Assembly: GCA_965644315.1 (NCBI GenBank)
Contig: CBFFRQ010000018.1
Span: 124,001 to 188,000, forward strand
Source: Caecitellus pseudoparvulus
Taxonomy: Eukaryota; Protista; Bigyra: Bicosoecida
Reading direction: 5' to 3'
Length of the DNA: 64,000 nucleotides
Each line of letters opens with the position of its first letter. Position 1 is the stretch's first letter. Shown here piece after piece: positions 1 to 13,500 of the stretch. The notes beneath the pieces are model-generated. The model was not told the DNA's origin. It saw nothing but the letters and a program-made list of their open reading frames with translations, and made no database searches. A program made the position numbers and the translations under genes.

Positions 1-3000
1 GGGGCATGGCAACTGTGCCGTACAGGTCAGACAGGCCTCCAGTAGCAGGTGCAGGCTGCTTCGGCGCGTCGGGCTGAGGCTGGCTGGAGGGCGGGAAGCC
101 CGCCCCCCCCACTGGGAAGGAGCTGTCCAGAAAGCTGCTCCTCTCGTCAGCCTGGAAGGAGACCCGTGGCCCGGACACATCCACGCGTGCCCCGGGACCG
201 TCCCAGTGCCGAGGCCGCACCACAGGTCGCCCGTTCATGGCCAAGCGCCACTGGTGCCCTGCGTCCCCCGCTGGGCTGGCTTCCCCGCTGGCGTACACGT
301 CTGACAGCCCGAGCTCGCCTGGGGGCAGCCTGTCCCCAGACCGCACGCTGTGCATGGGGGTGGCGGCAGACAGCAGGCCTTCATCGCTGTGCAGCGCGTC
401 GCCAGGCGACATGGGCTGCGTCAAGGCCACGTCATGCTGGTCTCCAGTGTCAACACTGCCCGCCCCTGTGGACTGAGACACGTTCACAGCTGCAATGTCC
501 CGAGCTCGCTGTGCAGCGTGAGAAGGCTTGCCGCCTGGAGGGGGCACTTCCCCCCTCCAAATGGCCAGCAGGAGACTGCGGCGCAGAGCGCTGTCTTCAC
601 TGGCGGTAGGAATGGAGCGTCGCTGTAGGTATGTGTGCAACACATCCTCCGGCAGGCGTTGGGAGGCCTCCCTCGGTACGCGAGGGGCCAGGGACGGGTC
701 GTGGGCCTGTGTCCGCGTCGGCAACGCCTGAACCCCAGGCCATGCCCGTGCGACAGCATCAGGCAGCGGCAGAGGGGGGGCAGGCGGGGGGCCGTATCGG
801 CTCACATCGTCGGCATCGCGCCGCCTGGCCTCACTCGGTGCAAGGCCAGCCCTGTCCACTGCCGCCTGCTGCGCAGCCAGCATGCGCTTGCGGGGGGCTT
901 GCGCCGCCTCCCTCACCAGCTGCTCCACTGACTTGGCTGGCGGTGGTGGCTGCGAGGTGCTGGGGATGGGTGTGCCGGCAGCCACAGGCGCAGTCTTGGA
1001 CAGCGCCTCCTGTTGTCGCTCCGCTTGCAGCCGTGCCCGCGCCTTGGCCTGGGCTGCTGCGGCTGCGCGCCGCCTGCGCGCCGCTTGGGCCCTGCGCTGA
1101 TTCGGCGTCAACTCCCGTTCCTCCAGCTGCCGCATCTTGTCGCGGGTGGCGGCTTCCTTCAAGAGCTGCGCGCGCGTCGTGCGACCCATGCGGTTGGGCA
1201 GCAGTGCGCCAGGCGCAGTGGCTGGCAGAGGAACTGCTTTCTGTTGCACGCCACCCTGGTCCACAGACGCACGTGAGCCGCGCAGGCCCGCCTGCCCTGC
1301 CCGGCTGTGGTGGGCTGCTGGGTGGTGCACATACGTGTTGGACCAAGAGTCGTCTGCCTCTCGAGAGCCGGCCGCAGTGCGTTGGCGGTCCAGTGTGCTG
1401 GGGCCGACGCCCTCCTGCAGCACACGGGCTGAGCCCGATGGCGAGGAGGGCGGCATGACCCCCTTCAAGGCCGTGCTGTCCGTGTGCTTGAAGGTGACTG
1501 TGCCTGCCAGCTGCACCCTGTCTCCTGACACATGTGCCACTGGCACACGGGTGGCGCCGTGTGCGGTGGTCTGGGCGGCGTCCAGCACACTGCCAGTGGG
1601 CAGGGCGCCCCCACCCACCATGCGCTCCAGGGCGAGAAACGTGCCATCAGTGTCCTGCCCGCCGGCTTGGATGGCGCCTTGGTAGTTCCCACCGCTGCCC
1701 CAGCTCGCACTGGTGCCTGCCCACGCACGGCCGTCTGGGGTGGGGCCGAACCCGAAGCCTGACTTGGGCACATCGTCCAGAGGGAGGGGCCCCTTGTGTG
1801 ACATGTACGGCTGCCCTGCAGGTCCCAGGGGCAGAGACAGCAGCGGGTGCCCTGCCACGTATGCGGTGGGCTTGCTTGTCTTACCCCAGGCAGCCATGGG
1901 CCCCTCACCCTCCCCGTGCACACCTTGCGCCAGAGCGTCGTGGTCCAGGGCGCCGTCCACCGTCCGCGCCACATCCTCGTCCTGGGCAGCATGGCTCAAT
2001 ACGTCTGCGGTGACATCCACCTGGCGCAGTGGGCGTCGGGGCGCCTCCCCACCCGCCGCCGCCGCCTCGAAGCTGTCTTCGTCAGGCTCAATCGTGACGC
2101 TCTGCAGAAGAGCCCCCAGCCGATTGGCAGCCCCCTGCCGGCCCGCTGCCTTGGCGTGCTTGCTCTCCACTGTGGCTTTCACCTTGGCAGCAATGGCCTC
2201 GCGCGTGCTGCCTGCGGGGGGGTCCTGCACTGGCTGGATGCTCGCCCGGGGTGCGGCAGGCGCCTGATCCGGGCTCGCCGTGGGTGAACTGGTCCTCGAA
2301 GGCGAAGGCGAGGCCTCTGTGTGGCTGTGAAAGGCAGCCAGTGTCTCTGCCAGGCGTGGGAGGCGCTTTGTCAAAGCAGCTGCGTCCACCTCCCCTGCAG
2401 CTGTGGCGCCCAGCAGAGACACCAGGAGAGAGTCCAGCAGAGCTGCTGCCGCGTCGTCTGAGCGGCGGGTGACTGTGCCAGTCTCGTGCGCTCGAGATGC
2501 GGTCGGCGTCACGGCCTTGGTCTCTTCTTGCGGTGAGCCGTCCAGTGCAGCTGGCGCTGCGGCAGGCAGTGTCGGCGCTGTTGCAGGTGGCGTCGCCGCC
2601 TGGTTGTCCGGGGTGCGAGCCTGCCTGGCCTGCGCTGGGCAGGGGGTGCTCCACGCTAGGGGCGGCGGGAAGTACATGCCACAGCCCTGGCGGTCAAACG
2701 TCATGCCTCTCACAGGCTTGGCCGCGCCGCCCTGCCGGGGTGGTGGGGGCGGGGCGTGGCTGGAGGCAGGTGCTGGCTGCAGTGTGGGCCTGGGTGGGGC
2801 GTGCCCTGTGGAGGGCTGTGGGGTCACGGGAGGGGTGTGCTGTGCCCCACTGCCAACAGTGTGCGAGCTGCTGTCAGGGTGCTTCATGGGCGCCACCTCC
2901 ACGGCGCCATGGCGCAGCCTAGCGCTCCAGGCAAGCGTCAACGTTGCTTCGGGTCCAGCCAAGGCATCCTTGAGACGCAGCACCTGGCCAACACAGCAGC

Positions 3001-3587
3001 TGCTTGCCAGAGCAGACTGAGCGACGGCCTGCAGTCCTTCACTGTGGCCCTTGGCGAGCTCATCCCCTGTCAGACTTCGCACTATCAGAGTCAACGGGTG
3101 CTCGCTGAGCCAACGGCCCATTTCTAACACGTGCTCCTCCATCTCCAGGCATTCCCCATGCAGAAGAGGGAACTTGGGGTCTGTTCCACTGTCATGTTTT
3201 TGAGACAAAGATCCCCATTGGCATGGGCCTACGCGCAAGAGCTGCAGCTCGCCGACAGAAAGCTCCACCGTCGAGTGCTGTGGACAGGCGAAACGCAGGT
3301 GCGAAACGCCGGACAAGCGGGCGGCAGGCGCTACTCCTCACCCGCATGAGCCTCACGAGGTCGAATCCTTCTGGTGCAGAGACACTGTCCAGCCATATGT
3401 CAAGGCATGCTCCGGGGGTGCTGACACCCTCCATGCCACACCCAGCTCCTGCACTGGCCCTACCGCCTGCCGTCGAGAGGGGCGATGCGTGCAACCACGG
3501 ACTGCTCCGGGAACACGACGGGAACTGCTGCGAAAGACGATGAGATGACTTCGCGAGGTTGAGAGCCGTCCCAGAAGTGTCAGCCAT
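1..3587 (-). CDS. Large hypothetical protein (>1100 aa), 3' end outside the window; Ala/Pro/Ser-rich with a possibly globular (C2-like?) N-terminus
   Basis: The minus frame appears open from 3277 to position 1 (hand-checked at 1-55, ~1454-1513 and 2882-3337; the ORF track lists no closed ORF in this frame). A GT-AG intron at 3341-3278 (GTGAGG...CCACAG) joins ...EGFDLVRLMR in frame to HSTVELSVGELQ. Start ATG at 3587 or 3434. Confidence 0.65.
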
Positions 3588-3786
3588 GCAGCTTTGGCAG
3601 CTGCCCCGCAAGTGACGCAACGCCATGCCAAGAAGAGAGAGGCCAGGACCACGCTGAATCCCCAAAATTGCACACGCCCCCCTTCCCACACACCTATCAC
3701 TCTTGCAGCTGAGTGACGTTAATCTTCGCACCCGCACTCTCGTGCATCGCATCGCCTTGCATGACTGGAGAGACCCATCCACAAGC

Positions 3787-4563
3787 ATGGTGCGCCGAAC
3801 CCCCCGCCTCGCAGCCCGCCTCACGCTGCACTGACCCCCATGAGGCGCACCGCAGAGTGTCACACTCAAGACCTCTTTGGGTGACTTGAAGATTGAGTTG
3901 GAGGTTGGCCTGGCTCCCAAGAATACCGCGGTAGGTGCCGCCACATCCCGGCGGAAATTGGATGCTCGTTGGCAGCACTTGCCTGATCCTGCCGACGCAG
4001 AACTTCCTCGCGTTGTGTGGGACAGACTACTACAATGGCACAATCTTTCACCGCAATGTGGCGGGGTACATGGTCCAGTGCGTGAGCGTCGCCAGTGCTC
4101 CGGGGCATCCCCAAGGACACCCCACCTGCTCCACTCGTCGCAGAGGGGGCGATCCCACTGGGAAGGGCAAAGGGGGGCACAGCATTTACGGGGAGGAGGA
4201 GCCTGTGGAAGATGAATTCTCGCCGCACCTGAAGCACGACCGCCGGGGCGTCGTGTCCATGATCAACAACGGGCCCAACACCAACCGGTCCCAGTTCTTC
4301 ATCACGTACGCTCGCGCTCCAGAGCTGGACGGCAAGTACACTGCCATCGGGCGCGTCATCCACGGGTGGGAGACTCTAGATGCCATGGAGCAAGGTGCGT
4401 GTAGCGTCCAGTGCTCGCCAGCAGGCTCCCTGCCCCCACCCCCTCCCTCCCCTCACTCACCCCAGTGCCGGTCAAGGGCAAGCGGTGTCGGCCCACAACC
4501 CCCATCGTGGTGGAGAGCGCCACCATCCATGCAAACCCCATCGCACAGGGGGCTGCTCAGTGA
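3787..4563 (+). CDS. PPIL3: Cyclophilin-type peptidyl-prolyl cis-trans isomerase, PPIL3/Cyp10 subfamily (5 exons)
   Basis: Exons 3787-3789, 3856-3930, 4001-4077, 4144-4394 and 4466-4563, all with GT-AG introns. They give MSVTLKTSLGDLKIEL...NFLALC...FHRNVAGYMVQGGDPTG...GVVSMINNGPNTNRSQFFITY...TIHANPIAQ, matching PPIL3 signatures including the catalytic FHR. Confidence 0.93.
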
Positions 4564-7500
4564 CGGGCCGCCTTGAGCGGCTTCAGGAGCAGCAGCTCAC
4601 ACCTGTGCAGCAGCAGCACCAGCAGCTTGGCCAGGCGACCCGCCAACGTCTGCTGGCTGGCAGTGGGCCACTGCAGCGCCCCCACTGGCGCCAGCTCCAT
4701 GGGGTGCTCCAAGGCGCCATCCCGGCCGTCGCCTGCCCCGCGCATGCGCTTGCCCTTGCCCTCGGCCTTGCGCATGTACGTGAGCATGCTGCCTTCTGCG
4801 GACTGCTCCAGGGCATCGTCTGAGGGCAGGGGCAGCGTGTCTGCCACGCGGCTGAGGGCCTCCACAAAGTCCACGATGCCCAAGTGTGTGTGGCGCTGCC
4901 AACTGCCAGGGTGCAGCTCGTCCACTGCCATGGGCCGGGACAGGGTGAAGGCCAGGGCTGCCGTGCGCGGGTCCAGCCAGGGAGCGCCCAGCAGTCGCAA
5001 CGCGTGCCACATGCTCATCCACCCCGCCATGGACATGACTGGAGCCGGGCCACTGCTGACATTGGCCACGAAGACGTCCTCCACAGCAGGCCCAGTCGTG
5101 CCACCCGCCAGCAGCAGGGGCCGCGCAAAGGTGCGGTGCAGCAAGGCCACGAACTGGTCGTGCCGCTGCAGCAGCTCAGACACGCGGTTGGTGTACAGGC
5201 GCCGCTGGCGGTATGCGTCGCCGAGGAAGGAATGCACAAAGGCGCTGTGGGGGCCCCAGGACAGCATGGCTGGGCCCTGGGCCCACCTGGCCACCAGACG
5301 CCTCACCGCGTCCCCCACCTGCCCCCCCTTCCACACCAGTGCCGCCATCCGAAGCAACCCCAGCAGGAACTGGTGTCGGAACATGCCTCCCGAGTCTGCA
5401 AGGGCCACGAAGACGCTCTCCATGGCAGTGTGGGAGAGGGGGGCGCCCCCTTCGATGCTCTGGCCCGGCCCCACGCGCAAGTGCCCACACAGCGCTTGCC
5501 ACGCAGGCAGCGCCATGCTGAACGGGTCTCCGTCCACGCCCAGACAGCTGTAGTACCGGTACATGCCGTCGATGATGGGGAAGAGGGCTCTGCACGTGCG
5601 AGCCAGCTCGTCTTCTGGCATGGTGCGGGCGAGGGCGCCCAGGCGTCCGCCCGGCACCGCCTCCGCCCGGTGCCACTCCAGGCGAAAAGCGGCATCCACC
5701 ACCTCGGGCGTGTCCACGAGGGCGCCAGCGTCGCTGGACTCCAGCCGGGGCAGGAAGGCTCGCAAGTGGCGGGCGTCCTCGGGGGACAGGGCGGGTGCCT
5801 GGAACAGGGGGGGGGCGCTGGTGTCCGGCGCCGTGGGCTTGGCCTGACCCGTCACCAGCAGGTCAATGTTCCAGGCCCGCAGCCAGTCCGGCAGGATCCA
5901 CGGCTCGGCGGACATGGTAGAGGCGCCGAGTGCTGGTGCACTCCCTGCCGTCACCTGTCGGGTGGAGGCTGGGCGCAGGCCTGGGTTGGAGGCCAGGCGT
6001 GCAAAGCGGCGCCGAGCGTCCACTGCGCCGGTGGTCTTGGGTGCCGGGCCCTGGGGCAGGGGCCGTGATGGGCGTGGGGTGGGGCTCGGCGGCGCCTGGC
6101 TCCGCGGCGCACTGGCCACAGAGTCCGACACTGCGCTCTGGCTCAGCAGACGGCGCAGCGACTCACCCGGCACACTGGTAGTGTCGCCAGAGACACGCTC
6201 CACGGCCGTCGCCACGGCGTCAGAGCCCCACACCTCTGCAGCCTCCAGCACAGCGCCGCCTTGGGTTGCCCGCAGCCACTGTACCGTGCAGGTGTCCCAC
6301 ACGGGGAGGGGGTTGCCAGCCTCTGCCAGCGCCCCTGCTGCCACCTGCTGCAGGGCGCCTGGGATGTCAAGTCCAGCAGCATCGCTCAGCACGCCATCTT
6401 GAGCTAGGTGCACACAGAGGATGGAGAGCGGTGGCAAGGCGGGCATGTTCGCACCACGGCAGGCCACAGGCACCGTCACCAGCGTCACCGATGCCGAGGC
6501 GGTCGGGGCGGCGGTGGCCAGGTAGTGTGCGTCCATGGGAAGTGGGGCCTTCCCCCCGGGCGGGCAGTGCCACTGAGGCGGGCAGAGTCCAGTCCAGGCT
6601 GGGATGTCCCCAATGCCCTCACCAGGCTGCAGAGGCTTGCCGTGCCTCGTCGTAGCCTGCTCTCGCCAAACAGCCTCTGAAGCCTGGGCTGCTGCCACTG
6701 CTGCCTCCTGTGTCTGGCGGCTCAGCAGTGCTGCACAGGTGAGCGGGGAGGCATCACTCAGCCCCCACTGGGACAGGCGCAGGGGCGTGGCCTGTGCGAC
6801 GCTGCCACTCTGTAGGTCCCTCACGCCAAGCGCCAGGTGGGCAGGGATGGCAGACACGCGCTGAAGAGCTTCCCGCAGAACTTGAGTCTGCTGCTGTGAT
6901 CGGCGGGAGATGCAGCGCTCCACCGCCCGCAGCACGGCATCCAGCGTGCGCCCATGGTGCAGGGCGGGCAGCAGCCAGGAGGGCCTTTCACCTGAGGGTG
7001 GCTCCTCGGCGTGCAGCTGCTTGCCTGTCCCAGACGACAGCACGCCTTGCACAAAAGGACCCAGTCCCAAAGCCCGCATGAGCAAGAACTTTAGTGCGAA
7101 GAGTGTGCGGGCGCCGGCGGCAAAGGCGTCTCGGATCAGCTGCTCCCCCCGAGCCCGATCAGGTGGCAGCACCAGCTTCTCCGAGGGAGGGGTTGTGGGA
7201 GATGCAGGGGAAAGGAGGGGTTGGTGCGCGCCGGTTTGGGGCGCTGAAAAGACAGGCGACACATCCCCACGCACAGTCAGTGGTGCGGGGCGACGTCCGT
7301 GGACCAGCGCCGTCTTCCCAGCGCGTGGTGTGCCTTTGCGACGTGCCTCGGTAGGGGCCTCACCCCTACCTGCCCGTCGCAGCGGCCGCCACCCCAAGAC
7401 GTCCTTCGCACCGGCAGACTGGTACCCTGCGTGCAGTGCCTTCAGTACAGACGCCGTCAAGGCCGCCGCCGCATCCGACAAGACGCCCATGTGCCACTTG

Positions 7501-10500
7501 TGCAGAGAGCGCAGGGAGCGGGGTGCACCCCTGTCCAGCCCAGCCGCGCCCCGACCCGCGCTAGGTGTGGCCAGGTGACCCAGCTTGCTGGCCACGGCGG
7601 CTGCGGAGACGATGTCGGACAGACCCGCACTGGCCAGGGCCAGCCCGCTGCCTTGCACGGTGGCGTTGCCCGAGAACTGCAGGCTGGAGACCATGTCCAC
7701 TGCATGGTGCACACCCGCCTCCTCATCCTTGTTCACCTCCTGCCGCACCGCCAGGGCGCCCCTGGTCAGGATGCCTGCCAGCAGGCCCTGCCGCGTGGAC
7801 GGCGCAGCGTGCAGCGGCACAGGCGCTCGCCGAGGCCCGTCCTCTTGTGCCTTGCCGAGGAACGCTGGCGCCAGCTTTCGAGGAAGGGGGGGTGGCAGGC
7901 CCCACAGGCCAGCCTGGGCGGCCGAGGTGGGCAGGGGGGGTGGCGGCATGAGGGCCAGGTGGGCAGGCTGGAATGGCACCAGCTGCACCGCCTGCAGGCC
8001 AGTCACCCACGGGGCATCCGACGGCTGCCCTGCCGTCCCATGCTCCACACTGCGCTGGTGTGCGCTGGCGGCGACGATGACTGGCACTGGCAGGTGAATG
8101 GCCGCGGCGCGGTGCTCCCACGCCCTCCACCGCCGCCGCCAGGCGTGGTCCTCGTGCACGCTGGCCCGCAGGTGGGCATCCATGGCATCCTCTGACTCTG
8201 CAACTGCCAAGTGGACACCCTGCGTGGGCTGGGGGAGCGAGGCCCATGCGCCCTCACCCTGCAACACGTGCCGGCACCTGCGCCGCGAAGTGCAGCCCAG
8301 GCGCGCTCCTTCTCCCAGGACGGCGCCCACGGCAGCAACTTGGGACAGGATGGCTGGGGAGAGCTGCCCCAAGAGACTTGCCGCACTGTTCAGGGACATG
8401 GCGGGCGGAAGGCCTGCCGCTTGTCGAGAAACAGTGCCGGCCTCGCCGCTGCTCTGCCCGTACGCGCGCATGAGGGGTGCTCGAAGGTGCTGCGATAACT
8501 CTGTGAGGCGCAGCGGGGCCGCTTTTGAGTCTTCCTCCCCTCGCTGGGGCGCCAAGTCTGACAAGTGCTGGGCAAAGCGCAGGGCTGCCAAGCCTGCCTG
8601 CAGCTTGCCGTGCGCCGAGGTGGCGCCACTGCCGGACTCAAAGGCGGGCGCCGCGCCGGCCTCCTCCTCTGCCTCGTCCACTGGACTCGGGCGCTGCCTT
8701 CGGACTGGGGTCCGGACAGGGCGGGCCGGGCTGCCAGCCCGCCCTGTCCGGCGACTTGGGGGACCAGCAGTCCGTGGCCGGCCCAGCACTCGACTGGGGG
8801 ACGCCAAGAGGTCTGGCAGCGACGTGGACGCCAGCGTGGTCACTTGGCCGCGAGTCATGGTGAGGGGGCGCTGGCCCTGCTTGCTGCGCACGAACGCCAG
8901 CAGGCTGCCAGCGGCGTCTGAGCCCCGGACACTGGCGTAGCCAGCCACTGACCGCGGCCGTGTCGGCTCACCGCCGTCACCCTCCCACGCACTCTGCAGC
9001 ACAGCGGCGGAGCCGTCCACTCCCAACAGCGCTGCGAAGTCAGCGCCCGGGTCGGCCTGCCCTGACTTTGGAGCGGCGGCCAAGGACCGCAGGACCTGCA
9101 GGCCAAAGTGCTTCTCGGTGTCCCCCCGCCACCCTTTGCTCTTCGTCCGCAGCTCGGCGGAGTACACGAAGCTGCCCACCGTGGGGTGGTGGGAAATGCT
9201 GCGAATGATGGTGGCGGCCATGCCTGTCAGGCCGGGGTGCAGCCGCGTTCCCACGAATGCAAGCAGCATGCCCACACACTCGTGGGTGATGCGGGGCTGC
9301 TCTTCGTGCACGCCCACCAGCGCCGTCACGGCTCGGAGCAGGTGCAAGGCAACGTCTAGATGGTGTGTCGCGGCCAGAGCAGGCAGCACTGCTCGCAGGC
9401 CGCCTGCCAAGGACAGCCTGTACGCGCCGTGGGGTTCGGTGGCCAGGGCTGCCACCACTGCCGCCACCTGCGCGCCGGCTGTCGGGAGGTCGCTGAGCAT
9501 GTGTGCGTCCATTGGCCGCCGCTCTTTGCTCAGTCGCGGTGAAATGTGCAGGAGGCCCCGTGCGGTGGCGTCGCTTTGTGTCTCCTGAGCACTGGAAAAG
9601 ACAACCCCCCCTTGGGGGGTGCCGAGCACAGCGCGGTGCACAGGCTCCCCGCCTTCACCAAATCGCCCGGTCAAGTGACGTGCGAAGGTGCCAATAGCCT
9701 GCTGCTGCACTTGCTGTGAAGCAGTGGCCTGCGCCGGGTCTCGTGGTGAGCACTGCTGCAGCAGGTGCAGTGCGGCCCAGTGAAGCGCCGCTTCACCACC
9801 CACGATGGCGGCCGGCACACTCTGCCCGAACGTGGCAGGAGCAACTTGCACCGCCGCCGCCAGCTGGCGAGGGACATTCTTCGGCTGGCACGTTTGCAGG
9901 AGGAAGAGGCACCACAGAGCCCGCACTCTCACCGGCAGTGGGACGACAGAGTCAGCCGTGCAAATGCGCAGCAAGTGCACTGGCAGCTTATGCCTCCCCA
10001 TGGAGGCTGCGATGGATCGGCTGGCGCTGCTGTGGGGGAGGAAGGGCTGTGCAGGCTCGCCTGGCGGCGGGGACACGCCTGCCGCGCAGGACACCAGCCC
10101 CTGCCAGTCGGCACCCCGGGCGTTTGCCAGCAGGGCCCAGCACGCGTCCACCACATTGAGCAGCAACACCGACAGTGGCAGTGCCTCCACGCGTGCCTGC
10201 TTCATGGCCTGCCCCACCCTGGTGGTGGGCACCCTGGCACTGGCCACGTTCAGCTCTGCCGTGAGGCTGCGCAGCATAACTTGCAGGTGGGCCACTGCTG
10301 CGGAGGGCACCCGGTGACCCTGTGCGTCCTCCCTAGGCTTCGCGGGCTTGGACTGCAGGTGCTGCAGGCGAGCCGACAACTTCACCAGGTCCCGCAAGCC
10401 AGTCACGTGGGACGATTGCAGCGTGTCCTGCGCCAGGTGGCTGTCCGAGGCATGCAGCCACGCCGGCGCCGCCCTGGCGTCCGATGCCAGGATGGCTCGC

Positions 10501-13500
10501 AGCGCAAAAATGGCCGCCCTGTGCGATGCGAGCGGGGCGCTGAGCCCAGCGACGACAAACTGTGCCAACGGCACGGCTTCGGCAGTGTGCACCCATTCAG
10601 GGCTCGGGGCCTGCGACTCGCCCGATGCACGCTGCATGGCGCCGGTGTCTGCAGGAGCGGGAGGCGCTTGTGGCGGTGCGGCGCCATCGTGCACCATGAG
10701 GTCTGCGAGCAGCTGCACTTGCTCCGGCACACCTCCCTCAGCCTGAATGGAGATGGCCCGGCGCCGGAGCAGGTCACCGCTCCACCGCAGCAACTGGCCG
10801 CCCACGCCACACCGCGCCAAGGTCACTGCCAGCAGGCCGTGCCCTGCGCTCAGACTGCGGGCTGCGCTGATGGACCGCTCCAGGACGCCGGCATCCGGCA
10901 CAGCCAGGCCCACCCGCAGGCACCTGCCCGCACTCAGTGCCATGGCCAGTGCGTCAGGCTGCGAGGCAGTGTCCAGGCACGAAGCGAGGGCCGGTGAGGC
11001 GCCCTCCAAGGCGGCCATGCAGTGCTGCAGGGCCAGGGAGCTGTCCGAGCAGGCACTGATGGCGTGCGTGAGGCACTGCAGGAGGAGGGCCAACTCCTCG
11101 GCAATGCGTGCCAGGTCCACTGTGGCCTGCATGCCTCGGCGAGTTGCGACGACGGGGCACTTGAACGCTGGCGCCGTCGCCCTGGACGGGGGGGCGTCCC
11201 CCATCGCACTGCTGGTGGAGGAGGTCCGTGTGTGAGAGCGCGCCGACATGTGCGCTCCGTACACGCTGAACTCCGTCACGACACTCTCGGCATCCTCTGC
11301 CCCGCCCACGGTGCTCAGCGTGGCACTTCGCGAGGAGGAGCGGCCTGATCCAGACCCCTCCTCGCCGCCGCTGCCGCCGGGCCTGTGGCCAAAGTGGGGG
11401 CGCACAGATGGCCACCCACGCCGCCGTGCCGCCTCGGCATGTGCCATGATGTCCCGTGCCCCGCGAATGGCGCCCGTGACACCGGCGTGGGGCGCCACCC
11501 TAGACAGCTGCCGACCCAGTTCGTCCAGCTCGTTGGGCCCAGGAGAGATGGTGGGCTCCTGCTCAGGGGCTGGTTCGTCCGCACCAGGACCTTCGTCTCC
11601 GCCCAGCTCAGGGGGAGAACCCATGGGGCTAAACGTGGGGCGCTTCACATGCCCTGTCCCCGTAGATGGGGGCTGCTGACGCCCGCCGGGGGAGCTGCGG
11701 CTCGCCTTGGAACCCTCTTCTTCGATGGAAATGCGGAGGCGCCGGTCAGGCTTGCGCACCCTGGGTTTGGGCTTGGGCGGCTGCGATGCCCCCAGCATCT
11801 TGCCAGAGGCATCAGTTGTGACGCCACCTCGCCGGTGTCGGCGCCGGCGACGCCCCTTTGGCGTCGTTCGCCCTCCAAACAACTCGTTCACCTGCTGCTT
11901 GTCCCGCACCCCTTCCTTGCTGACAGTCGACTTCAGCGACGACTGCAGGGGTGAGCCTGGTTCTGTTCGTTTGGTCGGGGCAGCGGTCCGCCGGAAGGCC
12001 TCAGGGCGCACAGCTGACGTGCGCGCCTGCTGTGCTGTGGCCTCTGCGCTGGGCAGCGTGGGCAAGTTTGGCCGCACTGCCGCGACGCGTTCGGAGATGT
12101 GGGGCAGGAGGAAGGACACCAGCGCCTGCGCCGCAGACAGCTGGGTGGACGCCGCCACGACACAGTCTGTCAGCGCCGTCAAGCCGCCGCTTCGCACCCA
12201 TTGAAGTGCTAGGACAGCTCGAGGCGCCGTTGCGCGCCAAGGCCTGTGGCTCGGCCCGCCTTCAGTGTCAGGCACCGACCACGGACGCCAAGCATCATGC
12301 TTCATGGCTGCTGGGTCTGAAGAAGGGTGAAACGTCAGCAACGCAGCGTGTGCCTGGGCCCACTGCAAGCGGTGCCTGGCTGACAGCGCGTCAGCGTTGC
12401 AGCTGAGCAGCAGCAACTGCACATCTGGCAGTGGCACGAACAAGCAACGATGCAGGGTGGAGACACAGACATCCTTCGGGACTTCGTAGCGCGCGGGCCA
12501 CAATGCTGGGACGTGTCGATTCGCGCCTGAGCCTTGGGCGGCGCTGGCCTCTGACCTGCCACCGTCCGAAGCGAGGCTGTGCGTTGGACGCTCGCTGTGA
12601 CTCGTGCCGCTGAGGGAAGAAGACCCAGAGCCCAGGCTGGAAGAAGACACTCCGAGACCAGTCGCAGCCCTCAACAGCCCTGCAGCTGCCGCATGCGGTG
12701 CTGGCCTCAGCAGCGACTGTCCTTGGCCGCGGAGTTGCTCAGCCGTCGCGTCCTGCGGCGGTGACGGAGCGCGCAGCCCAAGGGCCCACACCCAACTACC
12801 GATCAGCCCGGCAGCCCTTGAAACTGAGTTCATGACGCAGCAGGCCCGGGCAAATGAAGTGCCACCCTCCAGCTCAAGGGCGTCCGGTACGCAGCCCGGC
12901 ACCAGCACTTCTGGCACACAAAACGCTCGCGCCAGCGTGACCAGGCGGCTGCGCGTGAGACCCAGCCCGCGAGGCTCGTCCGATCCCTGTGCTGCAGTAC
13001 CAGGAGGCTCTTCGTCGAGTGTACTGGGCGGCGCTGGCAGTCGCCGGGCACTGCCAGGCACCAAATGGGCGGGTGGTGCCACCAGGCACAAAAACGACGC
13101 CTGAGCTCGGCGCACACAGCCCTCGGCGAGGCATGCGATGCGCACCGCCGTGTGCAAATTGCCCTCCAAGATCTGATCCGAACTTTTCACCCCTGTGCTG
13201 AGCCTGGGGGCACTCCCCAATGGCGTTGCCTTGCGTGCGTGTACCGCCAGCACTGTTCGCGCTCGCTCAGCCGCCACACTGCCCGCCACTGTGCCCAGAG
13301 CAAGGGGGCAGTGGCACAGAGCGCTCAAGAGGTGCAGTGGCAGGGACGTGACCCAAGCAACACTGCACCTCGCTTGGGCTGCAAGGGGGTCGGCCCATGT
13401 GGAGCCCAAGAGGGCAACGCTACGACACAGCGCACTGGCAACGGCCGTATACACGGCAGTGCCTCCCAGCAGGACTGGGGACAAAGCAGGCGGTGGGGTT

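Noticed and set aside
49-3349. Many + strand ORFs
   Set aside because: Antisense shadows of the minus-strand gene that runs off the left edge.
3935-4576. 213-aa ORF as the cyclophilin CDS
   Set aside because: It reads through introns; the spliced model 3787-4563 gives the canonical PPIL3 sequence.
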